Origin: Trueperaceae bacterium
GTDB lineage: Bacteria > Deinococcota > Deinococci > Deinococcales > Trueperaceae
Length of the DNA: 64,000 bases
Direction: 5' to 3'
Assembly (NCBI GenBank): GCA_965214405.1
Contig: OZ243956.1
Location: 1,408,001 to 1,472,000 of the forward strand
Each line of letters begins with the position of its first letter. Positions within the stretch are counted from its first letter, which is position 1. The notes under the pieces are model-generated. The model worked only from the letters and a program-made list of their open reading frames with translations, was not told the DNA's origin and ran no database searches. Shown here in pieces: positions 31,809 through 41,976 of this stretch. The position numbers and the translations under genes are program-made.

Positions 31809-32738
31809 GTGGCGAGCACCGCCGCCCGTACGGACGTCCGCAAGCCTGACCGCTTGAATCGTTGGGACAACCCCTGGCTCAACCCCAACCTGCTCACGGG
31901 TGCAGGCATGTTGGTCATACTCCTTAGCGCGGCCTTTATCGGGCAGTTCGTCTGGAACACCGACCTCGCGTTCGTGGGCAGTTCGCCCCTCAAGCTGCCG
32001 CCCGTAGGCTTTAGCCACGAAACCCTCCGGGGTGTCTCGGAAGGCACCTGGGCGCATCCGCTCGGCACCGACGGCGACGGGCGTGACCTGCTGGCCTTGA
32101 TGATCCTCGGCGCGCCGCGCACCCTCGCCATCGGCTTTATCGCGGCGACGGCAGGGATGTTTGTGGGCATCCTGCTGGGCTTCACGGCGGGTTTTGTGGG
32201 CGGGCGTCTGGACGACGTGATTCGTCTGGCGTCCGACACGACGATTACTATTCCTTCGCTGCTGGTGCTCATCGTGATCCAGTCGGTGATTCCGGTGAAT
32301 CTAGTCGGCATGGCGCTCTTAATTTCGGCCTTTGCCTGGCCCAGCCCGACGCGGCTCATCCGGGCGCAGGTCTTGAGTATGCGCGAGAGCGGCTACGTAA
32401 AAATGGCGCGGCTCTCGGGCGCGTCCACCTTTGCCATCATGTTTAAGGAAATGATGCCCAACCTTATCCCGTACCTGGCGGCGAGCTTTATCGGCAACAT
32501 GGCGGGCTCGATTCTGGCGGCCATCGGCCTCGAGATTTTGGGCCTCGGCCCGCAGCGCGTGCCGACTTTGGGCGTGACGATTTACTGGTCCATTCAGCTT
32601 TCCGGTTTGAGTCAGGGCTTGTGGTGGTGGTGGGGTTTTCCGACGATTATCCTGATTCTAATTTTTATCAGCCTGCTCCTCATCAACTTAGGTTTAGATG
32701 AAGTTTCAAACCCCCGATTAAGGCGGGCCGCCGAATGA
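31809..32738 (+). CDS. ABC permease (DppC/OppC-like)
   Basis: HPLGTDGDGRD, RLIRAQVLS and LDEVSNPRLR motifs. Confidence 0.92.
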   Translation: MASTAARTDVRKPDRLNRWDNPWLNPNLLTGAGMLVILLSAAFIGQFVWNTDLAFVGSSPLKLPPVGFSHETLRGVSEGTWAHPLGTDGDGRDLLALMILGAPRTLAIGFIAATAGMFVGILLGFTAGFVGGRLDDVIRLASDTTITIPSLLVLIVIQSVIPVNLVGMALLISAFAWPSPTRLIRAQVLSMRESGYVKMARLSGASTFAIMFKEMMPNLIPYLAASFIGNMAGSILAAIGLEILGLGPQRVPTLGVTIYWSIQLSGLSQGLWWWWGFPTIILILIFISLLLINLGLDEVSNPRLRRAAE

Positions 32739-33793
32739 CGCAGGTTAAGAAGACGCAGGTCAAGAAGGGTGAGACGGAAAAAAGGGAGAACAGGCTCGAG
32801 CCCATCCTCAAGGTGAGAGACCTAAAAGTCTATTACGACACCCCGCAAGGCGACGTGTTAGCCGTTAACGGCATTACCTTCGACCTGTACGAGGGCGAAA
32901 CGCTGGGCTTGGTGGGCGAGTCCGGCTGCGGCAAATCGACGGCGGCCTACGGCATTTTGCAACTCGTCCAGGAGCCGGGGCGCGTCGCCGGGGGCCATGT
33001 TTATCTCGACGACACCGACCTAATGGCCCTAAGCGAAGGTGAGTTTCGCGCCCTGCGCTGGACCAGCTTGGCGCTCATCCCGCAGGGCGCGATGAACTCG
33101 CTCAACCCGACCATGCGGGTTCACGCGCAGATTGCCGACGCCATCGTCGCGCACGAGGGGCGGCAGCCCAAGGCGAAGCTGGAAGCGCGGATTTTAGAGC
33201 TGTTCCGCACCGTGGGTTTGCCCGCCCGCGTCTACGGCATGTACCCGCACGAACTCTCGGGTGGGATGAAGCAGCGCGTCTGCATCGCGATGGGCATCGT
33301 TCTGAACCCGGCGGTGGTCATCGCCGACGAGTCGACGAGCGCCCTCGACGTGGTCGTGCAGCGCGTCGTCGCGCAGACCCTTTTGAAAGTCAAGGAAATG
33401 CTGGGCGTCTCGATGATCATGATCGGGCACGACATGGGCCTGATGGCGCAGATGGTCGACCGGATTGCCGTGATGTACGCCGGGAAAATAGTCGAAATCG
33501 CGCCCGTAAGGAGCCTTTTCAAGGACCCGATGCACCCTTACTCGCAGGTGCTCATCGACTCGATACCCTCGTTGAAAGAAAGGAAACCCCTCAAAATCAC
33601 CGAGGGCCTCACCCACGACCCGCGCAACCCGCCGCCGGGGTGTATTTTCCAACTGCGCTGTCCTTATGTGATGGACGTGTGCAAGACGAAAGAGCCCGAA
33701 CTGCGCGAGCTTAAAGAGCGGCAGCAGGTCGCGTGCCACCTCTACGAACTCTCGCCCAAGGGGGAGGTGCTGCGTGTCGCCACCCCTGCTTGA
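32735..33793 (+). CDS. ABC ATP-binding protein (DppD/OppD-like)
   Basis: GESGCGKS, LSGGMKQR, IADES and C-terminal Cys-rich oligo-HPY motifs. Confidence 0.95.
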   Translation: MTQVKKTQVKKGETEKRENRLEPILKVRDLKVYYDTPQGDVLAVNGITFDLYEGETLGLVGESGCGKSTAAYGILQLVQEPGRVAGGHVYLDDTDLMALSEGEFRALRWTSLALIPQGAMNSLNPTMRVHAQIADAIVAHEGRQPKAKLEARILELFRTVGLPARVYGMYPHELSGGMKQRVCIAMGIVLNPAVVIADESTSALDVVVQRVVAQTLLKVKEMLGVSMIMIGHDMGLMAQMVDRIAVMYAGKIVEIAPVRSLFKDPMHPYSQVLIDSIPSLKERKPLKITEGLTHDPRNPPPGCIFQLRCPYVMDVCKTKEPELRELKERQQVACHLYELSPKGEVLRVATPA

Positions 33794-34799
33794 GATTCGC
33801 AACGCCACCAAGGTCTACGAGGTGGGCGGCGGCATGTTCGGCAAAAAGCGCGAGGTGGTCGCGCTGCAAGACTTCAACCTCACCGTCGCCGACCGGCCCG
33901 CGACCATCACGACCATCGCCGGGGAGTCGGGGAGCGGCAAGACAACGCTGGCGAACCTCGTGCTCGGCTTTACGAGTTTGAGTGGCGGCAACATTGTTTT
34001 CCAAGGCAAAGACGCGGGCGAGATGAACAGCCGAGAGGTCATCGATTACCGCCGCAATGTACAGGCGGTGTTTCAGGACCCCTTCGGCGTGTATAATCCT
34101 TTTTACCGCATCGCACACGTGTTTGACCAGGTTGTCAAGAACTTCAAGTTAGCTTCTAGTAAGGCAGACCGCCGCGAACGCGTCGAGGCTGCGCTGAACG
34201 TGGTCGGTTTGCGCGGCGAAGACATCCTGCGCAAGTACCCGCACCAGCTCTCGGGCGGTCAGCGCCAACGCATCATGATGGCGAGGGCCTACCTCATCAA
34301 GCCCAAGCTCATCGTGGCGGACGAGCCCGTGTCGATGGTGGACGCCTCACTAAGGGCGGCGATTCTCGAGGTGATGCTGCGCCTACGCGACGAGGAAAAC
34401 ATCTCGTTCTTGTACATCACCCACGACCTGTCCACCGCTTACCAGGTGGGCGACCAAATCTACATCCTTTACCAGGGCTCGATTGCCGAAAAGGGCCAGA
34501 CCACCAGGGTCATTGACGAGCCCAAGCACCCGTACGTCCAGCTCCTGGTCGATTCGGTGCCGGTGCCCGACCCGGATGAAAAGTGGGACACCGACATTGA
34601 CCTGCCCGACGAAGAGACCCTGCGCGCCGGGGACGCCACGGGCTGTCGCTTTTACCCGAGGTGCCCCGAGCGCATGGACCGGTGTTTGGAGGCTCGACCG
34701 CCGCTCTTTCACGTGGGCAGAGCCGACCACCAGGCGTCTTGTTATCTTTATGAGGACGAGCATAAAAACGAGACCGTAGCGCCCCCCGTCGTCAACTAA
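33774..34799 (+). CDS. ABC ATP-binding protein (DppF/OppF-like)
   Basis: GESGSGKT, LSGGQRQR, ADEP, HPY and CRFYPRC motifs. Confidence 0.95.
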   Translation: MSPPLLEIRNATKVYEVGGGMFGKKREVVALQDFNLTVADRPATITTIAGESGSGKTTLANLVLGFTSLSGGNIVFQGKDAGEMNSREVIDYRRNVQAVFQDPFGVYNPFYRIAHVFDQVVKNFKLASSKADRRERVEAALNVVGLRGEDILRKYPHQLSGGQRQRIMMARAYLIKPKLIVADEPVSMVDASLRAAILEVMLRLRDEENISFLYITHDLSTAYQVGDQIYILYQGSIAEKGQTTRVIDEPKHPYVQLLVDSVPVPDPDEKWDTDIDLPDEETLRAGDATGCRFYPRCPERMDRCLEARPPLFHVGRADHQASCYLYEDEHKNETVAPPVVN

Positions 34800-34809
34800 G
34801 GCCGTCACG

Positions 34810-35715
34810 ATGCGCCACCACTTTGCCGACCTCAACCGCGCGCCGCTTCTCCTACAGATTGGCGGGTTCTCGAGCGAAATCTTGGGCTGGGGGTTTTACA
34901 GCGGGGACGCGTGGTGGCGCAACTACCTGCACGTCCACTCGTTCTTCGAGGTTTGCTACGCTTTCAGCGGGCGCGGTCTCTTCCGCATCAGCGGGCGCGA
35001 CTACTGGGTTCAAGCGGGCGACTTATTCATCGCCAAGCCCGACGAGGCCCACGAAATCATCTCGGACGACGTAGACCCGCTGGGCATTTACTTTTGGTCC
35101 TACACGCTGGTTCCCCCTGCCGGGGCCAGCCACCGCGACGTTGACGCGATGCTGCACGCTTTTTCGCTGGGCGGCGCGGCTGTGGCCTCAGGGATGAGCG
35201 TGGTCGAGAAAACCGTTGAGCTTCTTACCGACGAGGTTGCGCGCGGGTCTCCCGGTTATATTCAGGTCATAGAGGGGCTCGCGTTGAAACTGATTTTGGA
35301 AACGGCTCGAGCCGTTTCCCACGTCCAGCCGCCTACCGGCACGAACGGCAGTCCTGGAAGAGGCGTGTCACCGGAGAACTCAAAAAATATCGCCGTCACG
35401 ACGATGTTGCGCTATATCCGCGACAACTATAACCGCCCGCTTTCTCTCAAAGAAGTGGCGGCGCAGGTGCATTTGAGCGAGCGGCACACGAGCCGCCTTT
35501 TCAAAAGAGCGGTGGGTACGTCCGTCAAGCAGCACGTGCTGGATTTGCGCCTAGACGTGGCTAAACAGCTCCTTCTGAACGAAAAGACCTCGGTCGCAGA
35601 GGTTGCCTACGCGACGGGCTACGGCGATGTGCGGCACTTCTCCACGCTCTTTCGCCAGCGTACGGGGGCGACGCCGACCGACTACCGGGGAAGGGGCGGC
35701 ACTCGGTTCTTATAA
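34810..35715 (+). CDS. AraC family transcriptional regulator with cupin sensor domain
   Basis: HVHSFFE cupin motif; HLSERHTSRLFK and VAYATGYGDVRHFSTLFR..TP double HTH. Confidence 0.93.
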   Translation: MRHHFADLNRAPLLLQIGGFSSEILGWGFYSGDAWWRNYLHVHSFFEVCYAFSGRGLFRISGRDYWVQAGDLFIAKPDEAHEIISDDVDPLGIYFWSYTLVPPAGASHRDVDAMLHAFSLGGAAVASGMSVVEKTVELLTDEVARGSPGYIQVIEGLALKLILETARAVSHVQPPTGTNGSPGRGVSPENSKNIAVTTMLRYIRDNYNRPLSLKEVAAQVHLSERHTSRLFKRAVGTSVKQHVLDLRLDVAKQLLLNEKTSVAEVAYATGYGDVRHFSTLFRQRTGATPTDYRGRGGTRFL

Positions 35716-35840
35716 TGTCCGTTTTACCAACAAACTTGTCCTATTCCCCCCTTCCGAGAAAAGCGCGCCGCTGCTATGATTTTTCAATCTTAGCTGGATG
35801 ATAGCGGACGCTTAAAACAAATGTATGTCCGCTTTGCCAA
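35715..35840 (+). promoter_or_regulatory. PhyH-gene promoter with candidate AraC-type direct repeats
   Basis: TGTCC at 35716 and 35737 (21-bp period), extended -10 TGCTATGAT ending at 35780, and a near-copy ATGTCCGCTTTGCCAA at 35825. Confidence 0.55.
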
Positions 35841-35852
35841 AGGAGGCGGTTT

Positions 35853-36638
35853 GTGTCCGACGTCAAAGGATTTTTTGAGGAGAACGGCTACTACCACGCC
35901 AAAGGGGTCTTTTCGGCGAGCGTGGTCCAAGACTTAGAGGAGGACTTCGACCATATCGTCGCACAACTCATGGCCTCCGGCGAAAACATCAACGCGACCT
36001 GGATGGGGCCGGAAATGAAGCGCATCCAGGCCAAAGACAGCCGGACAAAAGACAGCGTGATTCTGCACACGCACAACGTCCAGCAGTTCTCGGCTCGGTG
36101 GCTTAAAGCGATGCAGAGCGACGCCTTTTTAGACGTGCCCGCGCAAATCTTGGGCGAGGACATCGTGCTGCACCACTCCAAGTTGTTCCAAAAACCCTCC
36201 GAAAAAGGCTCGCCCTTTCCCATGCATCAGGACTGGTCGTACTTCCCGACCGTCAAAGACACCATGATAGCCGGGATTATCCACGTGTCCGACGCGACCG
36301 ACGAGATGGGCTGCTTGCGCGTGTACGAGGGGAGCCACAAACTCGGGCGCGTGTTGGGCAGCGGCGGCATGGAAGAATCCGAAGTCTTGGCGGAGCACCC
36401 CATCGAGGGGGCCAAGGTGATTGAGGCCGAGGCGGGCGACGTGCTGTTTTTTCACTATTTCACGCTCCACGGCTCCATGCCGAACCGCTCAGATGCAACC
36501 CGCAAAACCGTCCTCACCCAGATGTACGCCGGGCATGACCGCATCGAGGACGGCAACGTACATCCGGACGAGCGGCTGGTGTTAAGGGGCTGGAATCATC
36601 AGAGTACCCGCGAGCGGGCGGGGGTCTTTAAGGGGTAG
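35853..36638 (+). CDS. Phytanoyl-CoA dioxygenase (PhyH) family Fe(II)/2OG enzyme
   Basis: FEENGY, MHQDWSY (HxD), GCL..GSHK and AGDVLFFH..TLHGS..N.S..R motifs. Confidence 0.9.
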   Translation: MSDVKGFFEENGYYHAKGVFSASVVQDLEEDFDHIVAQLMASGENINATWMGPEMKRIQAKDSRTKDSVILHTHNVQQFSARWLKAMQSDAFLDVPAQILGEDIVLHHSKLFQKPSEKGSPFPMHQDWSYFPTVKDTMIAGIIHVSDATDEMGCLRVYEGSHKLGRVLGSGGMEESEVLAEHPIEGAKVIEAEAGDVLFFHYFTLHGSMPNRSDATRKTVLTQMYAGHDRIEDGNVHPDERLVLRGWNHQSTRERAGVFKG

Positions 36639-36856
36639 GGCTCGAGGGGCTCACCATAAGTAGCATCTGGGTTGAGGGAGACGTAAATCTGAACGCCGTG
36701 CGTGACGAAGTTTGGGAAACGCTATGCGCCTGAAGGCCCTCAGTACGAAGGCAAACCGCTGTCACGCCTGCCAAGGTTGGCCCAAACGACAGCCCTAAGC
36801 CTTCGTTCTTTGTCATTGACCCCTTCGTCACGCCCTAACGTCATAGACTTAGCAGC

Positions 36857-37801
36857 GTGCAACGCAACGACGCGGAACCTTCTAAATCTTTTGGCTTTTT
36901 CGACCGGCCCTACCTGCTCCTCGCGCTCGCCATCCTCTTCTGGGCGGGCAACAACATCGTCGGGCGCGCCGTCCGCGCCGAGGTGCCCCCGGTGGGACTC
37001 GCGTTCTGGCGTTGGACGCTCGCCACGGTTTTTTTGTTTCCTTTCGCTTGGCGTTTTCTCAAGAAGGACCTGAGTCTAGTGAGGCAGCACCTGCCCATCA
37101 TGGCGCTGCTCGCGTTTTTGGGTATCGGCTCGTTCAATACGCTGCTCTATTCAGGGTTGCAATATACCGTCGCCATCAATGCGTTTTTGCTGCAAACGTT
37201 GATGCCCGCCGTGGTGATTCTGATGAGCTGGGCGTTTTTCAAAGAAAAGGTTTCTGCGGGTCAACTCTTGGGTATCGCCGTGGCGTTTGTGGGCGCGGCC
37301 TTTATCATCTTCAGGGGCAGTCTGGAAACGCTTTTAACCTTCAAGCTCAACCCTGGCGACGCCATCATCTTTGTGGGCGTGGTTCTTTACGCGGCTTACA
37401 CGGCGCTCTTGCGCCTTCGCCCTCCCATGCACCCGCTGAGCTTCGTGCTCGCCACCTTTATGCTGGGTGTCCCCATGATTCTGCCCTTTTATGTGTGGGA
37501 AACCTTTTCGGGACGCGCCATGACCCTCTCGGCCCCTACTCTCTTTAGCCTCCTCTACGTCGCCATCTTCCCGTCCATCCTCTCGTACATCTTTTACAAC
37601 CGCGGCGTCGAGCTCGTCGGGGCCAACCGTGCGGGTTTATCCGCATACCTCATGCCCGTGTTCGGCACGGTGCTGGCGGTGCTGCTGCTTAGCGAGGCGT
37701 TTAAGGTTTATCACGCGCTGGGTATCGGGCTCGTCTTTTTGGGTGTGGTGGTGGCAACCAACAAAAGAGGGATACCGAAAAGGCGGCAGCGGGACGAGTG
37801 A
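36857..37801 (+). CDS. DMT/EamA family transporter
   Basis: About ten hydrophobic segments; FWAGN, VPP..LAFWRW and GANRAG motifs. Confidence 0.9.
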   Translation: MQRNDAEPSKSFGFFDRPYLLLALAILFWAGNNIVGRAVRAEVPPVGLAFWRWTLATVFLFPFAWRFLKKDLSLVRQHLPIMALLAFLGIGSFNTLLYSGLQYTVAINAFLLQTLMPAVVILMSWAFFKEKVSAGQLLGIAVAFVGAAFIIFRGSLETLLTFKLNPGDAIIFVGVVLYAAYTALLRLRPPMHPLSFVLATFMLGVPMILPFYVWETFSGRAMTLSAPTLFSLLYVAIFPSILSYIFYNRGVELVGANRAGLSAYLMPVFGTVLAVLLLSEAFKVYHALGIGLVFLGVVVATNKRGIPKRRQRDE

Positions 37802-37889
37802 AAGGACTTGACAGTGGGGGTGAAAGCCTTGTAGAGCTCTACACAGCGCGGCGTACAACATCTAAAAAAGGTCGGCGCAAGGCTTTATC

Positions 37890-39026
37890 TTAGTGGACCG
37901 TGGACGTCAGGTAGCGCCGGGGGCTGAAAAGCCCCACAGGATGCCGCGTTTCTCCCTGCACAGCCAAGTCCGCCAGCACCTCGCCCACCACGCTGCAAAA
38001 TTTGAAACCGTGGCCCGAGAACCCTGCTGCGAAGCTCACGTGACTAAAGTCCGGGTGCCGCCCGATGATGAAGTGCTCGTCTGGGGAGTTGGTAAATAGG
38101 CAGGTCTTGAGCGTCATCGTGGAGCCGTTCGCCTCGGGGAAGTAGCGCGCCACGCAGTCGCGCAATACCGCCTCGTCCCGGGGATGGACGTCCCGGTCGA
38201 GGTGGTCGGGGTCGACCGCCTCGAGCAGGTGATGGTAAAGGCCGATCTTGAAACCGGGAACGCCGTAGACCGGGAAGCCGTAGTAGCGACCCTCCTCTAC
38301 TGCTAAGTTGAAAACCGGGAAGCGCTCGGGCGTGAACAGCTCAGGCTTATGGGGCTGAAACCAGCCCAGCACTTGCCGCTCGGGTTGCGCGCTCCCCGCT
38401 AAACCCGGCACCTGCGACGACGCCCACGCGCCCGCCGTGACGACGAGTTCCGCCGCGGTGAACGTGCCCCGCTCGGTGCGGACGGTGACGCCGTTTTTAG
38501 TTTCACGCCACTCGATCACCCCCTCCCGCGCCCGCACCTCCGCCCCCAGAGCCTGAGCGGCGGTGACAAAGGAGACGATGCAGCGTTCCGGCGTCAGAAA
38601 ACCGCCCTCTTCTTGCAAGAGCGCGAAGTGTCCGTCGGGCAACCGGTAACCAGGGAAGCGCTTATGGAGTTCTTTGGCGTCCAAAACTTCGTGGGGGATG
38701 CCGTGCTCTAAGCAAGATTCGTGAGACCCTTTGAACACCCAGTCGTCTTCCGGCCCCGCGTCTATAGACCCCGTCACGTGCAACACCTTTTCGCCCGTGA
38801 CCCCTTCCAACTCTCGCCACAGCTCATACGCCCGCTCCAACAGGGGCACGTAAGCGCCGTCCTCGTAATAGGCGAGCCGGATAATGCGCGTGACGCCGTG
38901 TGAAGAGCCCAGTTCGTGGGGCACGTCGAAGCGCTCTAAGCCCAGCACGCGCTTGCCCCGCTTGGCGAGTTCATACACCGCCGCGCTGCCCATCCCACCT
39001 ACGCCGAGAACGATGACGTCGTACAC
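37890..39026 (-). CDS. solA: N-methyl-L-tryptophan oxidase / monomeric sarcosine oxidase family
   Basis: GVGGMGS, GSSHGVTRIIR, CLFTNSPDEHF (flavinylated Cys) and FSGHGFKF motifs. Confidence 0.85.
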   Translation of the reverse strand: MYDVIVLGVGGMGSAAVYELAKRGKRVLGLERFDVPHELGSSHGVTRIIRLAYYEDGAYVPLLERAYELWRELEGVTGEKVLHVTGSIDAGPEDDWVFKGSHESCLEHGIPHEVLDAKELHKRFPGYRLPDGHFALLQEEGGFLTPERCIVSFVTAAQALGAEVRAREGVIEWRETKNGVTVRTERGTFTAAELVVTAGAWASSQVPGLAGSAQPERQVLGWFQPHKPELFTPERFPVFNLAVEEGRYYGFPVYGVPGFKIGLYHHLLEAVDPDHLDRDVHPRDEAVLRDCVARYFPEANGSTMTLKTCLFTNSPDEHFIIGRHPDFSHVSFAAGFSGHGFKFCSVVGEVLADLAVQGETRHPVGLFSPRRYLTSTVH

Positions 39027-39284
39027 GTTTGCACCTCCTTTAGGAGACGGCGCGTCTCCTCCCCAAAGCCACGTTCATCCTGGTTGAAGACAGCGGTCAC
39101 TATCTTACGCTCGAGAGGCCGCAAGCGGTCACGGCGGTCATGGAATATCGGTTATTATAGCAGGTACCATCTGGTCGGAGAAAGATTTAGTTTGAGCATA
39201 ACCGTCTAAGATGCAGCTATGGTGATGATATCTGCGCCGAATCCACCCAGTACAAGTGAACCTCGCTATACCTTTGGAGGCACC

Positions 39285-40076
39285 ATGCGCGAAAACAAAC
39301 TGAGAACGAAGCTCGAGAACGGCGGGGCGGCAGTGAACGGCTGGCTCCATATCCCTTCGGCGGTCACGGCTGAGGCGATGGCGCACCAGGGTTTTGACAG
39401 CCTCACCATCGACTTGCAGCACGGCCCCCTTCACTACGAAACTGCCCTGCTCATGCTCCAAGCCATGTCGAGCACCGAGGTCACGCCGTTAGCGCGCGCG
39501 CCCTGGAACGAACCCGGCATCATCATGAAGCTGCTCGACGCGGGCTGTTACGGCATTATCTGCCCGATGGTCAATACCGGCGCGGAGTGCGAGGCGTTCG
39601 TTCGGGCCTGCCGCTATCCGCCGGAGGGCTACCGCAGCTTCGGGCCGACGCGCGCCAAGTTTTACGGCGGGGCGGACTACGCGCCCAACGCCAACGCCAC
39701 GGTGCTCACCTTTGCGATGGTAGAAACCAAAGAAGCCTTGGAGAACTTGGACGATATTCTGTCCGTTCCAGGCTTAGACGCCGTCTACGTCGGCCCGGCG
39801 GACTTGAGCCAGTCACTCGGCGGCCCGCCGGGTGCTGATTTTGACGAGGGACCCGTGCCCGAGGCGCTCGACAAGATTTTAGACGCCACCAAACGCCACG
39901 GCGTCAAGGCGGGACTTCACAACGCGTCGGTGGCTTACTCTCAAAAGATGATAGACAAGGGCTTTCAGTTCGTCACCGTCCAGTCCGACCTGAGCTTTAC
40001 GGTTGACGGCGCACAGAAAGTTGTCAACGGGTTTAAGGAGGGGGCGGAAGAGCTGAATACGCCTGCCCCGTACTAG
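39285..40076 (+). CDS. HpcH/HpaI aldolase/citrate lyase family
   Basis: DLQHG, LDAG..GIICPMV, RYPPEGYR, MVET and VGPADL motifs; ATG 39285 behind GGAGG. Confidence 0.9.
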   Translation: MRENKLRTKLENGGAAVNGWLHIPSAVTAEAMAHQGFDSLTIDLQHGPLHYETALLMLQAMSSTEVTPLARAPWNEPGIIMKLLDAGCYGIICPMVNTGAECEAFVRACRYPPEGYRSFGPTRAKFYGGADYAPNANATVLTFAMVETKEALENLDDILSVPGLDAVYVGPADLSQSLGGPPGADFDEGPVPEALDKILDATKRHGVKAGLHNASVAYSQKMIDKGFQFVTVQSDLSFTVDGAQKVVNGFKEGAEELNTPAPY

Positions 40077-40426
40077 TGTGGCAGATGAGGTAACCGGGGC
40101 TACCTTATAGACTAAAGGCGATACGGGCGCGACGCTCACTTTTCCGTCGGGTTACGTTGTTCCGGTGGACGGGAATAGGCTGCTCACCTAGCCAACACGC
40201 GAACTTGGAGCCTAAGCCGTCGCCGAAGCGCCTGCCGCCCCCGCGCCTCCCATCCCTGGCACGGGACGCTTCAAAAGGTACGGTAAACCACCATCACCTG
40301 TTCGAGAATGGTGGCCGAAGCTTAAAATGTGTGGCCGTCCTAAAGACATTTCACCACATGAACATTATTAGAGGAGTTAGGCGTTTATCGACCCTTTAGA
40401 CGTCACCAAAGCTTCACCGACCTAGC

Positions 40427-41911
40427 ATGAGCGCACTCCTTCTCCGCGCGGACTACCTTATTGCTGACCCGAACGGGCTCGAGCGCGGCGTCATTCCTGG
40501 TGGGGCGCTCGTTATCGAGAAAGGCCGCGTGGTGGCCGTCGGCCCGTGGGAGGAAATTGAAAAGCAGTACGCTCACCTATCCCCCCTCTTTGCGCCGGAG
40601 GACCGCCTGGTCATCCCCGGACTCGTGAACGCGCATCATCACGGGCGGGCTCTGGACACGGGGCAGGTGGGGATGGCGGACAAACCGCTCGAGCTCTGGC
40701 TGCCCAGTTTCCTGCTCTACCCCGACGCCGACAGTTACGGGGCGGCGCTTCTTTGCGCCGCGCGGATGCTCCAAGGCGGCGTCACAACGTCCCTCCAGGC
40801 GCACTCCCACCCCGGCCCTTTCGACCTTTACGAACAAAACGTCCGCCGCTCGCTGGACGCGTACCGCGACGCTGGCGTGCGCGTCGCCTTTGCGGTGGGT
40901 CTTTACGACCAGAAGTTTCTGGCTTACGAGGCCGACGACGCGTTCCAAGCACGCCTGCCTGAACCTTTGCGCCGGGAACTGCTGCGTCACTTCCCGCCCC
41001 AGACGCTATACCCAGACACAGACGCTTATTTTAGGCTGTTCGAGACGCTGCTGGCTGAACACAAGGCGGACGATAGGGTCCGGCTTCTGCTCAACCCCAT
41101 CGGCTTACACTGGGCGTCCGGCGCGCTGTTAGGGCGGATGCGAGACGCGAGGGACCGTTTGGGCGTGGGCGTTCACTTGCACCTGCTCGAGACGCCCTAC
41201 CAAAAGGTGTATGCGGAGCGCCTTTTCGGAAAAACCCCCGCGGAGGTGCTGCTGGCGTTCGGCCTGCTCGGCGAGGGCACCTCCCTCGCGCACGGCGTCT
41301 GGTCGAGCGCGGGGGACGTGAGACTTTACGCGCAAACAGGCACCACTGTCGTCACCAACCCGAGTTCGAACCTGCGCCTGGGTAGCGGCCTGCTTCCCCT
41401 GAGGGAGATGCTCGAGCAAAACGTCCCCCTCGCCCTCGGCACCGACAGCATGAGCCTTTTTGGCGAAGACGACCTGCTGGCCGAGATGACCCTCTTGGGG
41501 GCGCTGCACCGCCCGGCGGGGCTCGAGTCGCGCTGGTCTCCCTACGAAGCGTTGCGCGCGGCGACGGTGGAGGGCGCGAAGGCGGCGATGTTTGGAGAAG
41601 TCGGGAAGCTTTTACCCGGTTACCACGCCGACATCGCGGTCATCGATTTGAAGCGTTTTCGAGAACCGTACATTCAGCCCCAAACAGATGTTGTCGCGCT
41701 GGCTTTGGGTAAGGCTCGAGCCGACGACGTGAAGACCGTCTTGGTCAACGGCCAGGTTTTAGTCGAGGAGGGGCGACTTACGCACCTAGACTTGCGTGAG
41801 GTTCAAGCGCATTTTTTGGAGGGTTTTGAAACGACTCGGTTCGAGGAGAAGCGCCTCTTTCTGGAAAAGCTCGAGCCCTACCTGTATCGACTTTACAAGG
41901 ATTGGCTGTAG
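40427..41911 (+). CDS. Amidohydrolase family protein (Atz/Trz, nucleoside deaminase-like)
   Basis: PGLVNAHHH, HLHLLET, AHGVW, NPSSNLRLGSG and LGTD motifs. Confidence 0.88.
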   Translation: MSALLLRADYLIADPNGLERGVIPGGALVIEKGRVVAVGPWEEIEKQYAHLSPLFAPEDRLVIPGLVNAHHHGRALDTGQVGMADKPLELWLPSFLLYPDADSYGAALLCAARMLQGGVTTSLQAHSHPGPFDLYEQNVRRSLDAYRDAGVRVAFAVGLYDQKFLAYEADDAFQARLPEPLRRELLRHFPPQTLYPDTDAYFRLFETLLAEHKADDRVRLLLNPIGLHWASGALLGRMRDARDRLGVGVHLHLLETPYQKVYAERLFGKTPAEVLLAFGLLGEGTSLAHGVWSSAGDVRLYAQTGTTVVTNPSSNLRLGSGLLPLREMLEQNVPLALGTDSMSLFGEDDLLAEMTLLGALHRPAGLESRWSPYEALRAATVEGAKAAMFGEVGKLLPGYHADIAVIDLKRFREPYIQPQTDVVALALGKARADDVKTVLVNGQVLVEEGRLTHLDLREVQAHFLEGFETTRFEEKRLFLEKLEPYLYRLYKDWL

Positions 41912-41976
41912 ACAGAACCTCTCCCTTCTGAAAAGGTCGGGGTTTTTACCTCGTCAAAAGGCCCTACACAAGAGGT

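Noticed and set aside
40080..40426. 350-bp intergenic region as a possible ncRNA or gene remnant
   Set aside because: No convincing stems, repeats or protein motif seen by eye.
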